Below, piece after piece: positions 24,899-37,168 of a stretch of DNA of 64,000 nt. The position numbers and the translations under genes were made by a program. The notes beneath the pieces are model-generated. The model did not search any database. It was not told the origin of the DNA and worked only from the letters and a program-made list of their open reading frames with translations. Origin of the DNA: Vitrella brassicaformis CCMP3155 (Eukaryota > Protista > Chromerida); NCBI GenBank assembly GCA_001179505.1, contig CDMY01000375.1, positions 31,215 through 95,214 of the forward strand, written 5' to 3'. The first letter of the stretch is position 1. Each line of letters opens with the position of its first letter.

Positions 24899-27600
24899 AT
24901 GGGCATGACCAAGCAGGAACTTCTCGAGAAGTTCTCAAAGGCCAGGGTACGCAGCACACACAAACACACACACACACAAGCACACACCTTTTCTCCCAGG
25001 TCTGTGTGTGTGGTGTGGTCCGTCAGTCGCTGGCAGACGCCCTTCCTGACGACGAGGACGTGAAGAACCTCAAGGATTCCCAGATCTGGCGCACCTACGC
25101 CTTGGCCAGTGACGTGAGCGGCAGCTGCGTGCTGGGCGAGGGCGTCCTTGCCCGAGTAACGACTACGCCGAGGCGTAAGGTCAAAAAGATATGCGGATGT
25201 GTGGATGTGTGGATGTGTGTTACAGGGCTGGATGAGATATACCCGTGGCTGTCACCCGTCACCCAGGTACATGGCACGACCGACTGCAGCATGCAGGCGC
25301 TTCTGCCTCCCCTTCGTGTGCAGTGAGAGAGAGAGGTTCTGACCTGCGCCACCAATGAGGAGACAGGCCAGCCCAGTGAGGCAGAATGCCAAGTGGGCAG
25401 CCAGAAGGCCCTGGAGGGTGTGTTGCAGCCGGAGGTGAACAATCGTGTGGAGAGGGTGGGAAAGCGGTCGGTAGCGGTCGGTCGATGGACAGGCTGCCTT
25501 TGAGCTGCCGCCTGAGCGGCTGACTGGAGGTGTGAACATGTTCTTGGGCGTATGCGGTCGTGATGCCGCGGGTCTGGTGCTTCAGGATGATGGCGAAGAA
25601 TCTGGATCGGAGGTGGAGGTGGAGCTGGAGGTGCACGCCACGGGGTTTGAAAATATAGATGGCGTAGTTGAGGCTGTCTTCCTACAGCAACCCGGCCGCT
25701 GAGCGTGTGTGTGTGTGTGTGTGTGCAGTGGCGAGCACCCTGTTTGAGATCGTGTTGCGTCGCGTGCGCGAGGAGGTTGTCGATGGCGACGTGTCAGAGG
25801 AAACCAGGATGCGCCAGAGGGCTATCGCAAAGGTACGCACCCCCACATCTACAGCCACACACACACACACACAGCCCCTCCCTCTCCCCACCATGTGCCA
25901 AAACCCATGATGGATGTGCGCGTGTGTAGGAGTTTGGTGTGTGTGTGTCGTCGTGCGGCCATGTGTCGGGTCACCTGGGTGGCTCGATGGACGACGATGA
26001 CGACCAGGAGGACCCTGACACACGACTCAGAGGTGGGTCAGTCAGATCGGGCATGGCACGGTGGTGGACTGTCTGTCTGTCCTCTCTCCTTCGTATGAGT
26101 GCATTGCTTCCCTCCCTCCCTCCCTCCCTCCCTCCCTCTCTCCCATTTCTGTACGTACATCCTTTCTGCAGCAGGTCGCATGTTGGAGATGGCCTTCAAA
26201 CACCTGAGCCAGCTCATCAACGACGAGGGGCGCCCGGAAGGTGAGGGGCCGGCCGGCCGGGTGTGTGGGGGACGCTCACACGCACCATGCCTGCCTGCGT
26301 CTGGTTTGCCCAGAGTTGCGTTGGGAGGTCCTCGAGAGCTGCGTGCCGGCCGCCCTGAGCCCCTCTGTTCACAATGGGGAGTGGCACCGCGACCATCAGG
26401 TGAGCTGAGCGAGAGCGACAGACGGCACCATCCGCCGCCCGTATGTGTGTGATCTCTCCCTCCCCTTTTGTCTCTCTGCTTGAGCGTCAGAACGCGGCGC
26501 TTGCCCGCGGTGCGGTGGGGGAGATGATGGACCTGGCCGCTGACGCCTGTGATGCCACTGTAGCGAAAGAGGTGAGCTGTGCATTGCACCACACACACGT
26601 GCACACCAGGGTTGTGGGTGGTGTGTGTAACCCAGGTTACACACACCACACTTAGTGTGTGTGTGCAGGACCCTGGCGCGCCCGAGATGACCCCCGTGTC
26701 GCTCATCGCCCTCCATGCCCTCAGAAAACTCGAACGTTAGACAACAACAAGTGTGTTGACAGATTTGTTGATGCCCTTGTCTTGTCTTGTTTTGTGTTTT
26801 GTGTGCGCAGCGGCTGTTGTGTTCCACATCGTGGGTCCTCTGGTGGCTCAACAAATCAGCAGTGAGGATCCCGCAGCCGTCAAGGCCATACACATAGAGG
26901 TCAGCCAGCCAGTCAGTCGACCAAACTAACAAAAGGGGCTGGACGACCGAGGGAATACTCATTCTCTCATTCTCATTGCTGTCTGTGTGTCTGTGTGTGC
27001 AGATGGCGGCTGCATACCTCACACGCGCCGACGACTTCGACAGCAACGACCAAGCGGCCTGTCGCGATGTACGCTCACACACACATCACATCAGACCACA
27101 CCACATCACATCCAGCCTGGCCGCCTTCAGCAGATGTCCAGCAAGATCCGTCGAGTGGCCTTTGCTCGCGACCGAGCGGGCGTGTCCACTCGCGCCAAGG
27201 CCCTCATCCACCTCACCTCGTCAATCGCCAAGCTCCCCCACTACGTACACTCAACACCACACACACACACACACACCATACCACACACACGTGAGATCTC
27301 TCCCTCTGTCTGTGCTGTGTGTATGGGTGTGCAGATGCAGCAGGTCGAGAGCCGCAACCTCTTGGCCGCGTGTGTCAAGGAGGCCGAGGCACTCGCCATG
27401 GACCGCGCTGTGCTGCTGACGTGCATCAAGGACGTCGTCATGCGGCTGGGTCCGCGGCCGTCGCCGATAAACTCGCCGTCAGACGAGCTCGACGGCGGGA
27501 AGGAGCTCCGGCAGAGCCTCCCGGGGGTCGTCAGCGAGTGCATGCGGCACCTGGGCAAACAGAGACCTGTCGGCGACAAGGCCCTGAAGACTCAGGTACA

Positions 27601-27638
<38 letters not shown>

Positions 27639-28849
27639 CGGGTGTATGGCTGTGCGTGTGTGTGGAATTGGCAGCACACCGCCGTCGACATCATGACCGA
27701 GATCGTCGAGGTCAGCATACTACCACAGGACAGACAAGTAGTCTCGTGTGGTGTGTGATGTGCCACACGTGTGTATGTGTGTGTGTCTTTGTTTGTTTTG
27801 TTTGTCAGAAATGGCCTGCAGCTCTTGGGCGGGATGGCGTGACGGGCCAGCTCATCGACTACCTCCTCAACGTAGCACTGGTAACTGCACAGCACACACA
27901 CACATCCATCCATCCATCCCATCGATCAGTTCAGACGGCTGAGGCTCTCTGTGTGTGTGTGTGTGTCTCAGAGTGTGGGTATTGACGTGTCCAAGTGGAT
28001 GTGCGGGACGCGCCAGCTGTTCGAGAGCGAAAGAAAGAAAGAGACACACACACCGAACGGCGATTAACTGGCGTCTCTGATTGTGGCGCCACTCGGGAGC
28101 GGAGGTACCTATCGAATGTGCCTGAAAGTCCACTCAGCGTCCATGGCCCTTTGTCTCGCTGTCTGTGACTGTCTTTGTCTTTGTCTTTGTCTTTGTCTTT
28201 GTCGTTTAGCGCGGAAGCAGAGGCCCGAGAGGGCGGGGTCGGCCCGGGCGGCTGCCGCATTCGCCGCTGACGAGGAGGAGGGCGACAACGAGGCGGCGAA
28301 TGCGACAGGTGACGAGGACTCCAGCCCAAGCAGCGGGCCGAAGGGAGGGAGACGCCCCAAGCTTCTCAGGATGCTGGATGACATCGACTTCCAGGGTATG
28401 CATCAATGCGGGAACGGATAAGCATGTCGAGCCTGTCTCTTTATTGCATGGTGTGCGAACAGACTACGATGTTGCTGTGTGGGATATCCCGAGAGGTGTT
28501 GATGTACGCTCAAGACACAGACACAAAGAGAGACCATTTAGATGGCTGCCATGTCTCTTGTTTGCATGTGTGTGTCTCCAGCGGCAAGTCAAGCGTGCGC
28601 TCCGAGGTTCTGCAGCCCAAGCCATTGCCAAGTGGCGAAAAATCGATGCGCTTGGCCTGCTGCTCGTCACGGTGAGGGGGGCAGGAGAGGAGAAGAAGAG
28701 AGCCGTGAGCCTCCTGCTCCGCCTGAACACCAAATATGTCCAGCGTAAGCACCACGTCACAGACATTCACGGCAACTGAATGTGGTGATGCCTCGTGTGT
28801 GTGTGTTTCAGATGAATGTAACAAAGACGACACCCAAGTTCAAAAATAA
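24899..28849 (+). CDS. Large multi-exon hypothetical protein, predicted helical (possibly HEAT/ARM-like)
   Basis: ATG GGC ATG ACC AAG at 24899 is followed by more than 15 GT-AG-bounded amphipathic helical exons (e.g. RNLLAACVKEAEALAMDRAVLLTCIKDVVMRL). Probable stop at 28849. Confidence 0.55.
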
Positions 28850-29113
28850 CAAACTCGCCGAGCTGTGGGAGGGTAAACTAACACCAAATTACCTCCCTGC
28901 CGGCACCACTGTTGTCTTTGTTGTTTTGTCAAATGCAGACTATTACAATACCAAGAAGGAGTAGTGAACAAGGGCTTTGAATGACGTGCGTGGGCGTTTT
29001 TCCTTTTCGTGTGGATCCCGTCTCAACAGAAGACCAGGGGTCAGAGACACATAAGTCGAAACCACACCAATGAGGATTGCTCCTTGCTTCTCATTCGCTG
29101 TCGTGCGTGTCTC

Positions 29114-29595
29114 TGCAGACATCGATCGCCGCCTACATTTTATATCTCGGTGTCCTTTCCGCCCCCACACCGCGGCATTGCGTGTCCAGCGACGACACAG
29201 CTTCCCCAGCCAGTGTCACTTCATGCGGTACCTCAGGCGCAGGTGCCCAATACACAGGCGCAGGCGGAGGAGATCGCCCACCGTCAGCGCCGCTCTCGCC
29301 AGCTACGGCGTGGAGGCCATCTCGGTCTTCGACAGGCTGCTGGACGAGGGCGGCCAGGTGACTATCATGACAAACGGCGAGGGCGAGACACTTCTTTAGA
29401 GAGACACGTGGCCAGTGTGGCGTATACGGTGGTGTCGTGTCTTCGGTTGTGCTGGATTGCTCACAGCCGTCCTCAGTCGCAACCGACGTCTCCAGGCGGC
29501 TCAGATTTCCCAGGGCGGCCAGGTTCTGCGTTGAGGACGCAAATGGCTTCTTCCCCAACCCCTCCCCTGCCCCCTGCCCGATGTGATGCCGGTCA
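29114..29595 (+). pseudogene. Mosaic of three gene fragments homologous to the 5.4-9.0 kb region (inverted)
   Basis: 29114-29163 matches the reverse complement of 7471-7520 (45/50). About 29175-29460 matches the HAD exon plus intron at about 8680-8970, with frameshifts. About 29463-29595 matches about 5370-5495. Confidence 0.85.
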
Positions 29596-29693
29596 ACCTG
29601 TGTGCTTTCAACGTGGCGTTTCATGAAGACTATGAGGCGTTTGGTGCAAGACTATGAGAAGCTGCAGCCCGTCTTGGAGAGTCTTGTCTTTGC

Positions 29694-30560
29694 ATGCCTG
29701 CCCCACCCGACCCCGCCCGCATCACCGCACACCAGCGCGACATCCACAACTGCATCGTGCAGCTGATCGAGACGGGCAACGATGCAGCAGCGGCCAGCGA
29801 GGCAGTGCGCCTCATCCGCAACAACCGGCACATTCCGCTGGCCGGAAAGAATCTGTTCCGTCGGCTGGCTGCCTATGCGCGCCGCCTGTCGTCTGAGCAG
29901 AAGCTGCGCATCGTCACGGCCATCCTCGCCCATCAGGCCGCGCTCGCCAACGAGATCGACGAGCACCCACACCAAAGCGGCCAGGTGGCGATCCACCACT
30001 TCAGCCAGTACCCGTCCTATTCGACGGGCATCAGGTGGAGCTTCTGCGCTTGCTGGTGGCCAAGGGAGGGGCAGGCATCGTCAGCCTGCGGGACGACAAC
30101 GACCGCCTGCCGCTGCACCACAACGAGGTGGCTGTGCGAGAACGGGGCGGCGGCAGACATCAACAGCCCCAACGGCGGCCTCACCCCTCTCCGGCTCGAC
30201 GCCAACAAGAACGACCCGGCCTGGGGAAGCCTGCTCACCGCCGTCTGACGCTGCTGGAGATGGGGGCATCGGTTGCTGCGGCGGATGTGCGGCCACTGCC
30301 AGTGCCGCATCGGGTGCTGTGGGAGGAGAAAATCCTGGGAGGAGAAGATCCTCGAGGCCTACCGCCACCATCTCGAGTGGGACCTCATCAAGCGCATCCT
30401 CGCCCAGTCAGCCTGTGTACCGTCGTGAATCGCGCCATTCGCGACGAGGCGCGGCGGTATGGGCTCACCCTCGGGCGCATCAGGGGGCAGAGCAGCGATG
30501 CGGCCAGCAACGGGGCTGGGTGGGACTGGAGGAGGCTGGGGTGGTCAAGGGAGGGGTGTT
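29694..30560 (+). pseudogene. Degenerate ankyrin-repeat family gene
   Basis: Ankyrin-like pieces (LLRLLVAKGGAGIVSLRDDNDRLPLH, LCENGAAADINSPNGGLTPL, LLEMGASVAAAD) are split over three frames with stops. Confidence 0.65.
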
Positions 30561-30833
30561 TCAGCCGCTTTATCTGAGTTGATGGCTGGGCTGGTCGGTG
30601 TGTGCGAGGGCGGGAGGGAGGGGACAGGGAGTTAGAAGTTTTCTCGAAGTCAGTCAGGGATGTTGGGTGTGATTTGGGCAGGTTTGGGCGAAGAGGCGAT
30701 TGGTTGGTTGGCTTGCTGACGCATTTCATGTGTGTGGGCGGGGGCTGGGGGTGGTCAAGGGAAACGCCTTCAAGTCGCTAATTTGAGCTGATTGATGGCT
30801 GGGCGGGTCAGTGTGTGTGAGGGCGGGAGGGAG
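30534..30833. repeat. Imperfect ~90-bp direct repeat pair (30534-30620 and 30743-30833)
   Basis: Both copies read GGCTGGGG(G)TGGTCAAGGGA...TTGATGGCTGGGC.GGTC.GTGTGTG.GAGGGCGGGAGGGAG. Confidence 0.8.
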
Positions 30834-31344
30834 ATATATCGCTACCTACATTTTATATATGGTGTCTCTTGCCTCCCATTTGACGTGGCAGCCAATTTCT
30901 CAGTCTGACCTGTTTTATCCGTTTTCTGTACGTGCAGGAGGGGGCGGACCTTGCAGGTTCTAATGCTCGTGTCTACATGATGTATTTCGCGACGATTAAT
31001 GCCTTGGTGTGGGTGACCTCGAATGAGTGAGAGGGCGGGAGAGGCGAAGTGAGTGACCCACATATAATCGGCGGCGGGGGGCATGTGCATGTGGTGAGGA
31101 TCGCTGCTTGCATTTTATACATATTGCGATGTCTGTTCCTCCATGTAAGGGCTCTTTAAGAATATTTGTGTATGATCGCATTCACCCGAGTCCATCCAAT
31201 TCACTCGCGCCATCTTCGACAATCGATGAATTGAATGGCATGTTCGTCCTTCCGTATACACAATGCCGACACCGCACATCAATGCAGCAGACTCTCAAAG
31301 GCTGCCGGCTGTCTGTCTGTCTATCTGTCTGTCTGTCTGTCTGT

Positions 31345-34300
31345 CTACATAGCGGCAGGTCCGACGAGGACGACTTGTATCTTGGAGAGCTCCCTGGGTG
31401 GGAAGTCAACCCGCAGCGACAGCACCTGGTAGATCTCATCGGGACTCAACCGCCAACTTCGACCTGACGACGGACCTGATCGATGATCATGGAGGCAGGG
31501 AGGGACAAAAAGGACCACATTGGTGTGCGTGCGTGCGTGTGTGCGTGTGTGTCGGCTGGCTTATTTGCTCACTCCAGAGGTCTTCGAATTCGGCGAGCGT
31601 CTCCAGGTTGAGCAGGCTGCCCATCTCGCTCAACCGACCAAACTGAGACACAACCACACCCACCCACAGACGCAATCACGTGACACACATATGTGTGGTG
31701 CTGTGGCCCTGCGCAACCACCCCCNNNNNNNNNNNNNNNNNNNNNNNNNNNNNNNNNNNNNNNNNNNNNNNNNNNNNNNNNNNNNNNNNNNNNNNNNNNN
31801 NNNNNNNNNNNNNNNNNNNNNNNNNNNNNNNNNNNNNNNNNNNNNNNNNNNNNNNNNNNNNNNNNNNNNNNNNNNNNNNNNNNNNNNNNNNNNNNNNNNN
31901 NNNNNNNNNNNNNNNNNNNNNNNNNNNNNNNNNNNNNNNNNNNNNNNNNNNNNNNNNNNNNNNNNNNNNNNNNNNNNNNNNNNNNNNNNNNNNNNNNNNN
32001 NNNNNNNNNNNNNNNNNNNNNNNNCCCCCCCCACCTTGTGTCTGATGGACTGGTCCGAGATGGCTGTGCAGTATGCCATGAGGCTGCGTATGTCCTGGTC
32101 CAGCTGCAGGGCGCCGAATAGGGAGAACTGCTTGGCCAGCACGAGTGCCTCGAGCCGCTTGCAGATCTGGTCGACGAGCGAGGCCATGATGAGTGACACT
32201 GTGGGCGGGGTGTACTGCCGCTGGACGTGCTGGTGGATCACATCCAGCTGCTGAAGGAAACCCTTCATGAACGGATCGTTCACCTGAGGCAAGCCAGGCA
32301 TGGGAAAGAAAGAGGCACTCGCTGACATCCACGTGACATGTGTCCAACTCGGCTTTGTTAGTCACTTGGAAGTCGGCGTATTCGGTTTGGCTGATGTTGA
32401 AGTCCAGCGAGTCGAGCGGCAGCAGCATGGGAGACAGATGCACCTAACCAACAGGCAAGGCACATACATGTGGGGGCGGATGCGCATCAGAGGAGGTCTG
32501 CTGGTGTGTGCGTCAGTCAGCCCAGCTGGCCACCTTGAGCATGTTGAGTGTCACTGTGGCTGCCTTCTGATGCAGACTCTCCAGGTCAGCCTTGACGCTC
32601 TCCAAACCCTTCACACACATAGTGGCCACAGAATGGAAGACACAGGGGCACCAGGTCGGTCGTCTGCATCTCTCGTGTTATGGTGCCGGACCTGCAGGCA
32701 GTGGTGGAACATGACTTTTCCGCTGTTGGATGAGCTGTCGGCACGCCGCTTCCCAGGTGACCCCACACCACCACCAGCACCAGCACCAGCACCAGCCGCA
32801 GCATGTGCGGGCGACAGCTCTGTTTTAAGGCCATACAGAGGCGAGTGTGACCGTCGACATGATTGATGCATGGTCGTGGGAGTGTGTACAGCTGCTCTCT
32901 CTGTCTGTCTCACCTCCCTCGACAGGCCGTGTCGCCCCTCCGAATATTTCGTCGAACTCGGCCTCGCACTGACCCTTCAGACGCTCCAGGTACTCGCAAC
33001 ACGCCTGTGCATGGCATGCGCAGCGTCGATCGATCAATGGCCTGGCAGGCAGGCAGGTGCATGTCCGCAGTGCATACCTGAAGGTTGTTGACGGAGTGTG
33101 TCCAGCTGTAAGCGGCACCTACATGACATGATGGACAGGAAACAAACAGGCGACAGCACATCATATCCTGCCGAGGTATGCTGATGGATGGATGGATGGA
33201 CATCCCCCCATACTATACATACCAAGAGGTTTGATAGGCTGTCCCGCCTGGTCCTTCTTGACCATTGGGGGGTCGGGCGGAATCATCTCCTTAGCGTCAA
33301 ATGCTGTCAGATGACTCACATCCTGATTGATGCGATGCACAGCACACACCCACAGCCACATGACATGAAATGCATGCCATGCCGCATGTGTCTGTTTGCA
33401 GCTGTTCCTCCCTCTCCCATGCCATGCATCGCATCAGCCGCCCACGTGACGTACGTACGCTGGTGTATTGTTGGTATAGTCTCTTTGACTCCTGGAGGTT
33501 CTCCTGCAGCACCGCCTTGACGTCGGTGCTCAGCGTGGCCGTCACGTGGTTGACCACCGCACACACCGCAAACACATCACCGCTGCTGATACCTGCACCC
33601 CACCCACCAACACCACACGACACAACAGCAGAAGGAAGCACAACGTTCGATCGACCGACCTGCACTGCATGTCATGTGGGTGCTGTGCTCTGTGTTTTAA
33701 GTGTGTTTTGGTTGACCGACCTCTGGTGATGCACTTCCTGAGAATGAAGAAGACGTCATCGACGAAGGTCGACGTCATCTGGTCGGGGTCGTCCCACGCC
33801 ACCTCATCGCTCTCGTGAAGCGCAAACCGCACCGACCTGAGGCGACGCAGGGAAAGACATGAATGACAATTGGAGCGCTTGTGGTCCTCCTTTCTGTTCC
33901 CTGTGTGCGTCAAGTGCCTGCAGGCCTCACTTGATCATGAAGGTTTGTTCGAGAGATACATAGAAGTTCATGACCTCCTGCATGCGCTTGGTAAGGCCGC
34001 TCAGCACCGCCAACCCATCGTCCTCGCTGAACTGCCGCCCTGATCCACTGGTGGTGCCGTCCTGAAACGGATGGCACACGAACCAACCGAACCACGGATG
34101 CATTCCTCTCAATGTGTGTTCTCTCACCCGTATTTCCTTCATTAGGTTTGATTGTGGGTTGAGAGTATCGAGGACGTTATGTGAGCAGTCCCTCAGGTAC
34201 CTGTCGAACTGCTGACACCGCTGGCTCAGCAATGCCAACTCCTCCAACACAAGATCCATCGGCCTGTTACCAACCAACACAGCAAACAGACAGACAGACA

Positions 34301-35553
34301 GACATGCACCAATCAATGGCTTGGTTAATTTACACACGACGGGCGGCCCGGGCCCACCAAACCCGCTGACTGACCTGACATCCATCGTGCTCGATGCGGC
34401 ATCGTCGGCCTTCAGACGCAATACGGATGCCCTGATGAATCAATCGCATGACCACAGGGCGGGTGGCGGGACGGAGCGCTGTCAATCTATCTATCTATGG
34501 CACTGACTCACTCACTTGTTCTGGACGAACTTGTCGAGGACTTTGGTGCCCTGCACGTCGGCCTCCTCCTGCAGGCCTCGCAGAAACAAGATGAAATTCT
34601 CGCTCCCAAACTCCTCCTCTATGTTCTACAATAAAGCAAGCGACACACACAGACGTACGGTAGGTATGCCATCCAGTAGCCATCCATCCATCCATCCATC
34701 CGCCCTCCCCCGCACACAGCTGTACCTGTTGGTGCTCCTGTATGATGTCGGCAATGAGGATGAAGACCTTCATGAGACACTCTGCGTGCGGCTGCCCGCT
34801 CTGCTGCGCCCGCAGCTCCTTGGACTTGCCGAAGGGGTCCAGCAGGGTCTTGAACTCGATGCTCGCCTGGTCGCTGAGGAAGCTCCGGATGAACGTGATG
34901 TACCGATTGATGCCCTCACGCTCAAGACCCAAGGGATAGAAGAGCTTGGCGTACCGCGACACCCCCGTCTTGTCGCGGTTGGTAATGGCTTTGTCGAACT
35001 GGTCCCGCACCATCTGCGTGAGGGCCTTCTCAGAGGCCTTGAGGCTCTGCAGCACCGCAGATGAGTCCTCCAGCGCACTCGCGTCCCCTCCCTGCCGGAA
35101 CTGCTGCGCCAGGGAGCGGTACTTGGCAATGTGCTTGGCGGCCGTCTCATAGTCGCCACGGCCCATTGCCGACTCCACCCCCTCGGCGCAGTTCTTGAGG
35201 TCGAGGAGGTCCTCGACCAGCTGCAGGGCGGCCTCGATTCGCGAGCGGACGGTGTCGAGCCGCCGCACCCTTGACGAGAGCTTCTCAGAGGTCTCGTGGA
35301 CGAACTGCAGGGTGGCCTGCAGCTGCTGGGCGTCCCTCTGGAACACTTTCTGCTGCTCCGTGACGTCATAGAGGCCCGTGAGGTGGCTCTGCACCAAGGT
35401 CAGGGCTTTGGCGTGGAGGTCGCTGAGGGTGCTGGTGAGCTCCTTCTCCCTCTCCTTCAACTCTAGCAGACGGGCGGCCGACGGACGGTCCAGCGAAGCA
35501 CCAGCAGCATCAGACGGCCCAACTACCTCGGATGTGCCATTGGCAGTCTCCAT
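31345..35553 (-). CDS. COG4: Conserved oligomeric Golgi complex subunit 4
   Basis: N-terminal SEKLSSRVRRLDTVRSRIEAALQLVEDLLDLKNCAEGVESAMGRGDYETAAKHI...VSRYAKLFYPLG; C-terminal FSLFGALQLDQDIRSL...FGRLSEM...WRLSPDEIYQVLSLRVDF. The start may lie further upstream (ORF extends to 35712). Confidence 0.9.
31725..32024. other. Assembly gap (300 N) inside a COG4 intron
   Basis: Run of N. Confidence 1.
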
Positions 35554-35945
35554 CTGCGCTTGTTTGTGACGGATCTTTGCTGCCCGGCTTCCGCTGCCGT
35601 ATCTATCAGGGCTGAGAGGGTTGGCTGTTGGCGCCTGTGCTTTCTGCTGCTTTCGAAGCAAAGCAGATCTGCACAACAGGCAGGCAATACATCGATCGCA
35701 TCTTGTGTGCATGAGGGTGCTTTGTTTTCTGGATCTGAACTGACCATTGCTTCGGGGCCCTGAGTAACACGCACGGTTCGCCGGCGAACCATTTGCGAGC
35801 TCAGTGTTGAAGATCTGCTGGTGGTGGTGTGGTGGATATAGCAGCTGATCCTGTTGCTGCTTGGGCTGCAGACGTCAAGGACATATAAAGCCCGGCGAGA
35901 GCTGAATTTCACCGATCCTTGTGACTCTGACACTGCGAAGAGAGG

Positions 35946-36784
35946 ATGGCGCTGAGGTACGGCTATCGGCTATTGAGCAGCGCCCTGCGCTCATCGCCAT
36001 GCCGCCACACCAGCACGGCAGCCACATTCCATGGCATCTCGTCACCCGCACCACCAGCAGCAACAGCAGGGCTTCCTTGTGCGGCCAGCGGCCTGCTGGA
36101 GACCATCAAGACATCGTTCGACGGCCTGCAGAGCGCTGCACGGCTGGCAAACGTGTCACCTGCAGTGGCTGGTGAGGCGGCTTCATCTGCTGCGTCAGCG
36201 GCTGCTGCTGTGAATGGGTCTGTTGGTCGGAGTGAGCTGGGTGTGTCGCTGACTGACATGGGTCGTGATGTGGTGGAGCGTTGGGTGGCGCGGGACGGCC
36301 TCCTCTGGTGGGTCGGACGACTCATGAGAAGTAAGCAAGCTGGGCCGGCCGCACACAGACAGACAGGCGTCTAGGCAGGCAGACACCATGCAATCAATGC
36401 AGACGAGCAAAGCAACCAATGGCATGGCATGCGTGTGTGTGGTAAGGGACGTGGCAGCCGAGCAAGTGGCGTTGGTATCACCGGCACGGCTACTGGGCCA
36501 CGCGCAAGAAGAAACTCAAATTCGACAAATACTGCAGATACAGGTGGGTGATCTGGGGGGTGTCAGATAGATAGATAGATAGATGCACACGGACGGGAGC
36601 AGAGCAGGCGATGAATGCATTGCAATCAATGCCCTTCAGTGTCTGTCTGCGCGTGTGTTGTGTTGTGTTGTGTGGTGATAGGTATCATGAGGTGAAGGGT
36701 TATGGGCGGATGCAGGCCAAGTGGTGGGAGGACAAGTCATACTACAGGCCACTCGACAAACACAAATACACCAGGTTCTGGTAG
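35946..36784 (+). CDS. Mitochondrial ribosomal protein bL34m-like
   Basis: Three exons. A long mitochondrial-type leader precedes the spliced RRTWQPSKWRWYHRHGYWATRKKK, resembling the bL34 signature KRTYQPS...HGF. Confidence 0.7.
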
Positions 36785-37168
36785 ACAGCCGACATCCATG
36801 TACTCAGGGGGCAGGCAGGCATTGCAACCAATGCGCTGCATTTTTGAGCGCTGGCTGGCGCGGTCTGCACAACCCCTGTTGTGTGTGATTGAGGGTGTTT
36901 GACTGACTGACGCATTTCTTAGAGTGGACTGCAAATCAAATACTCACTGTGTGGATGGGATGGATGCAGCCAGGGCACAACACGGCACGCGTGAATGACT
37001 TGATGACTCTGTCCGTCATACACATCAGTCAGTCGGGTCGGTCCATGTACACTAAATGTATGTGCGTCAATCAATTGTCCAAATGCCAAATCGACTGACT
37101 GACACAGACCCAATTGACAAAGACTCATCTGAACACGGCACTGCACGGCACCCACACAGCCAGCTGGC

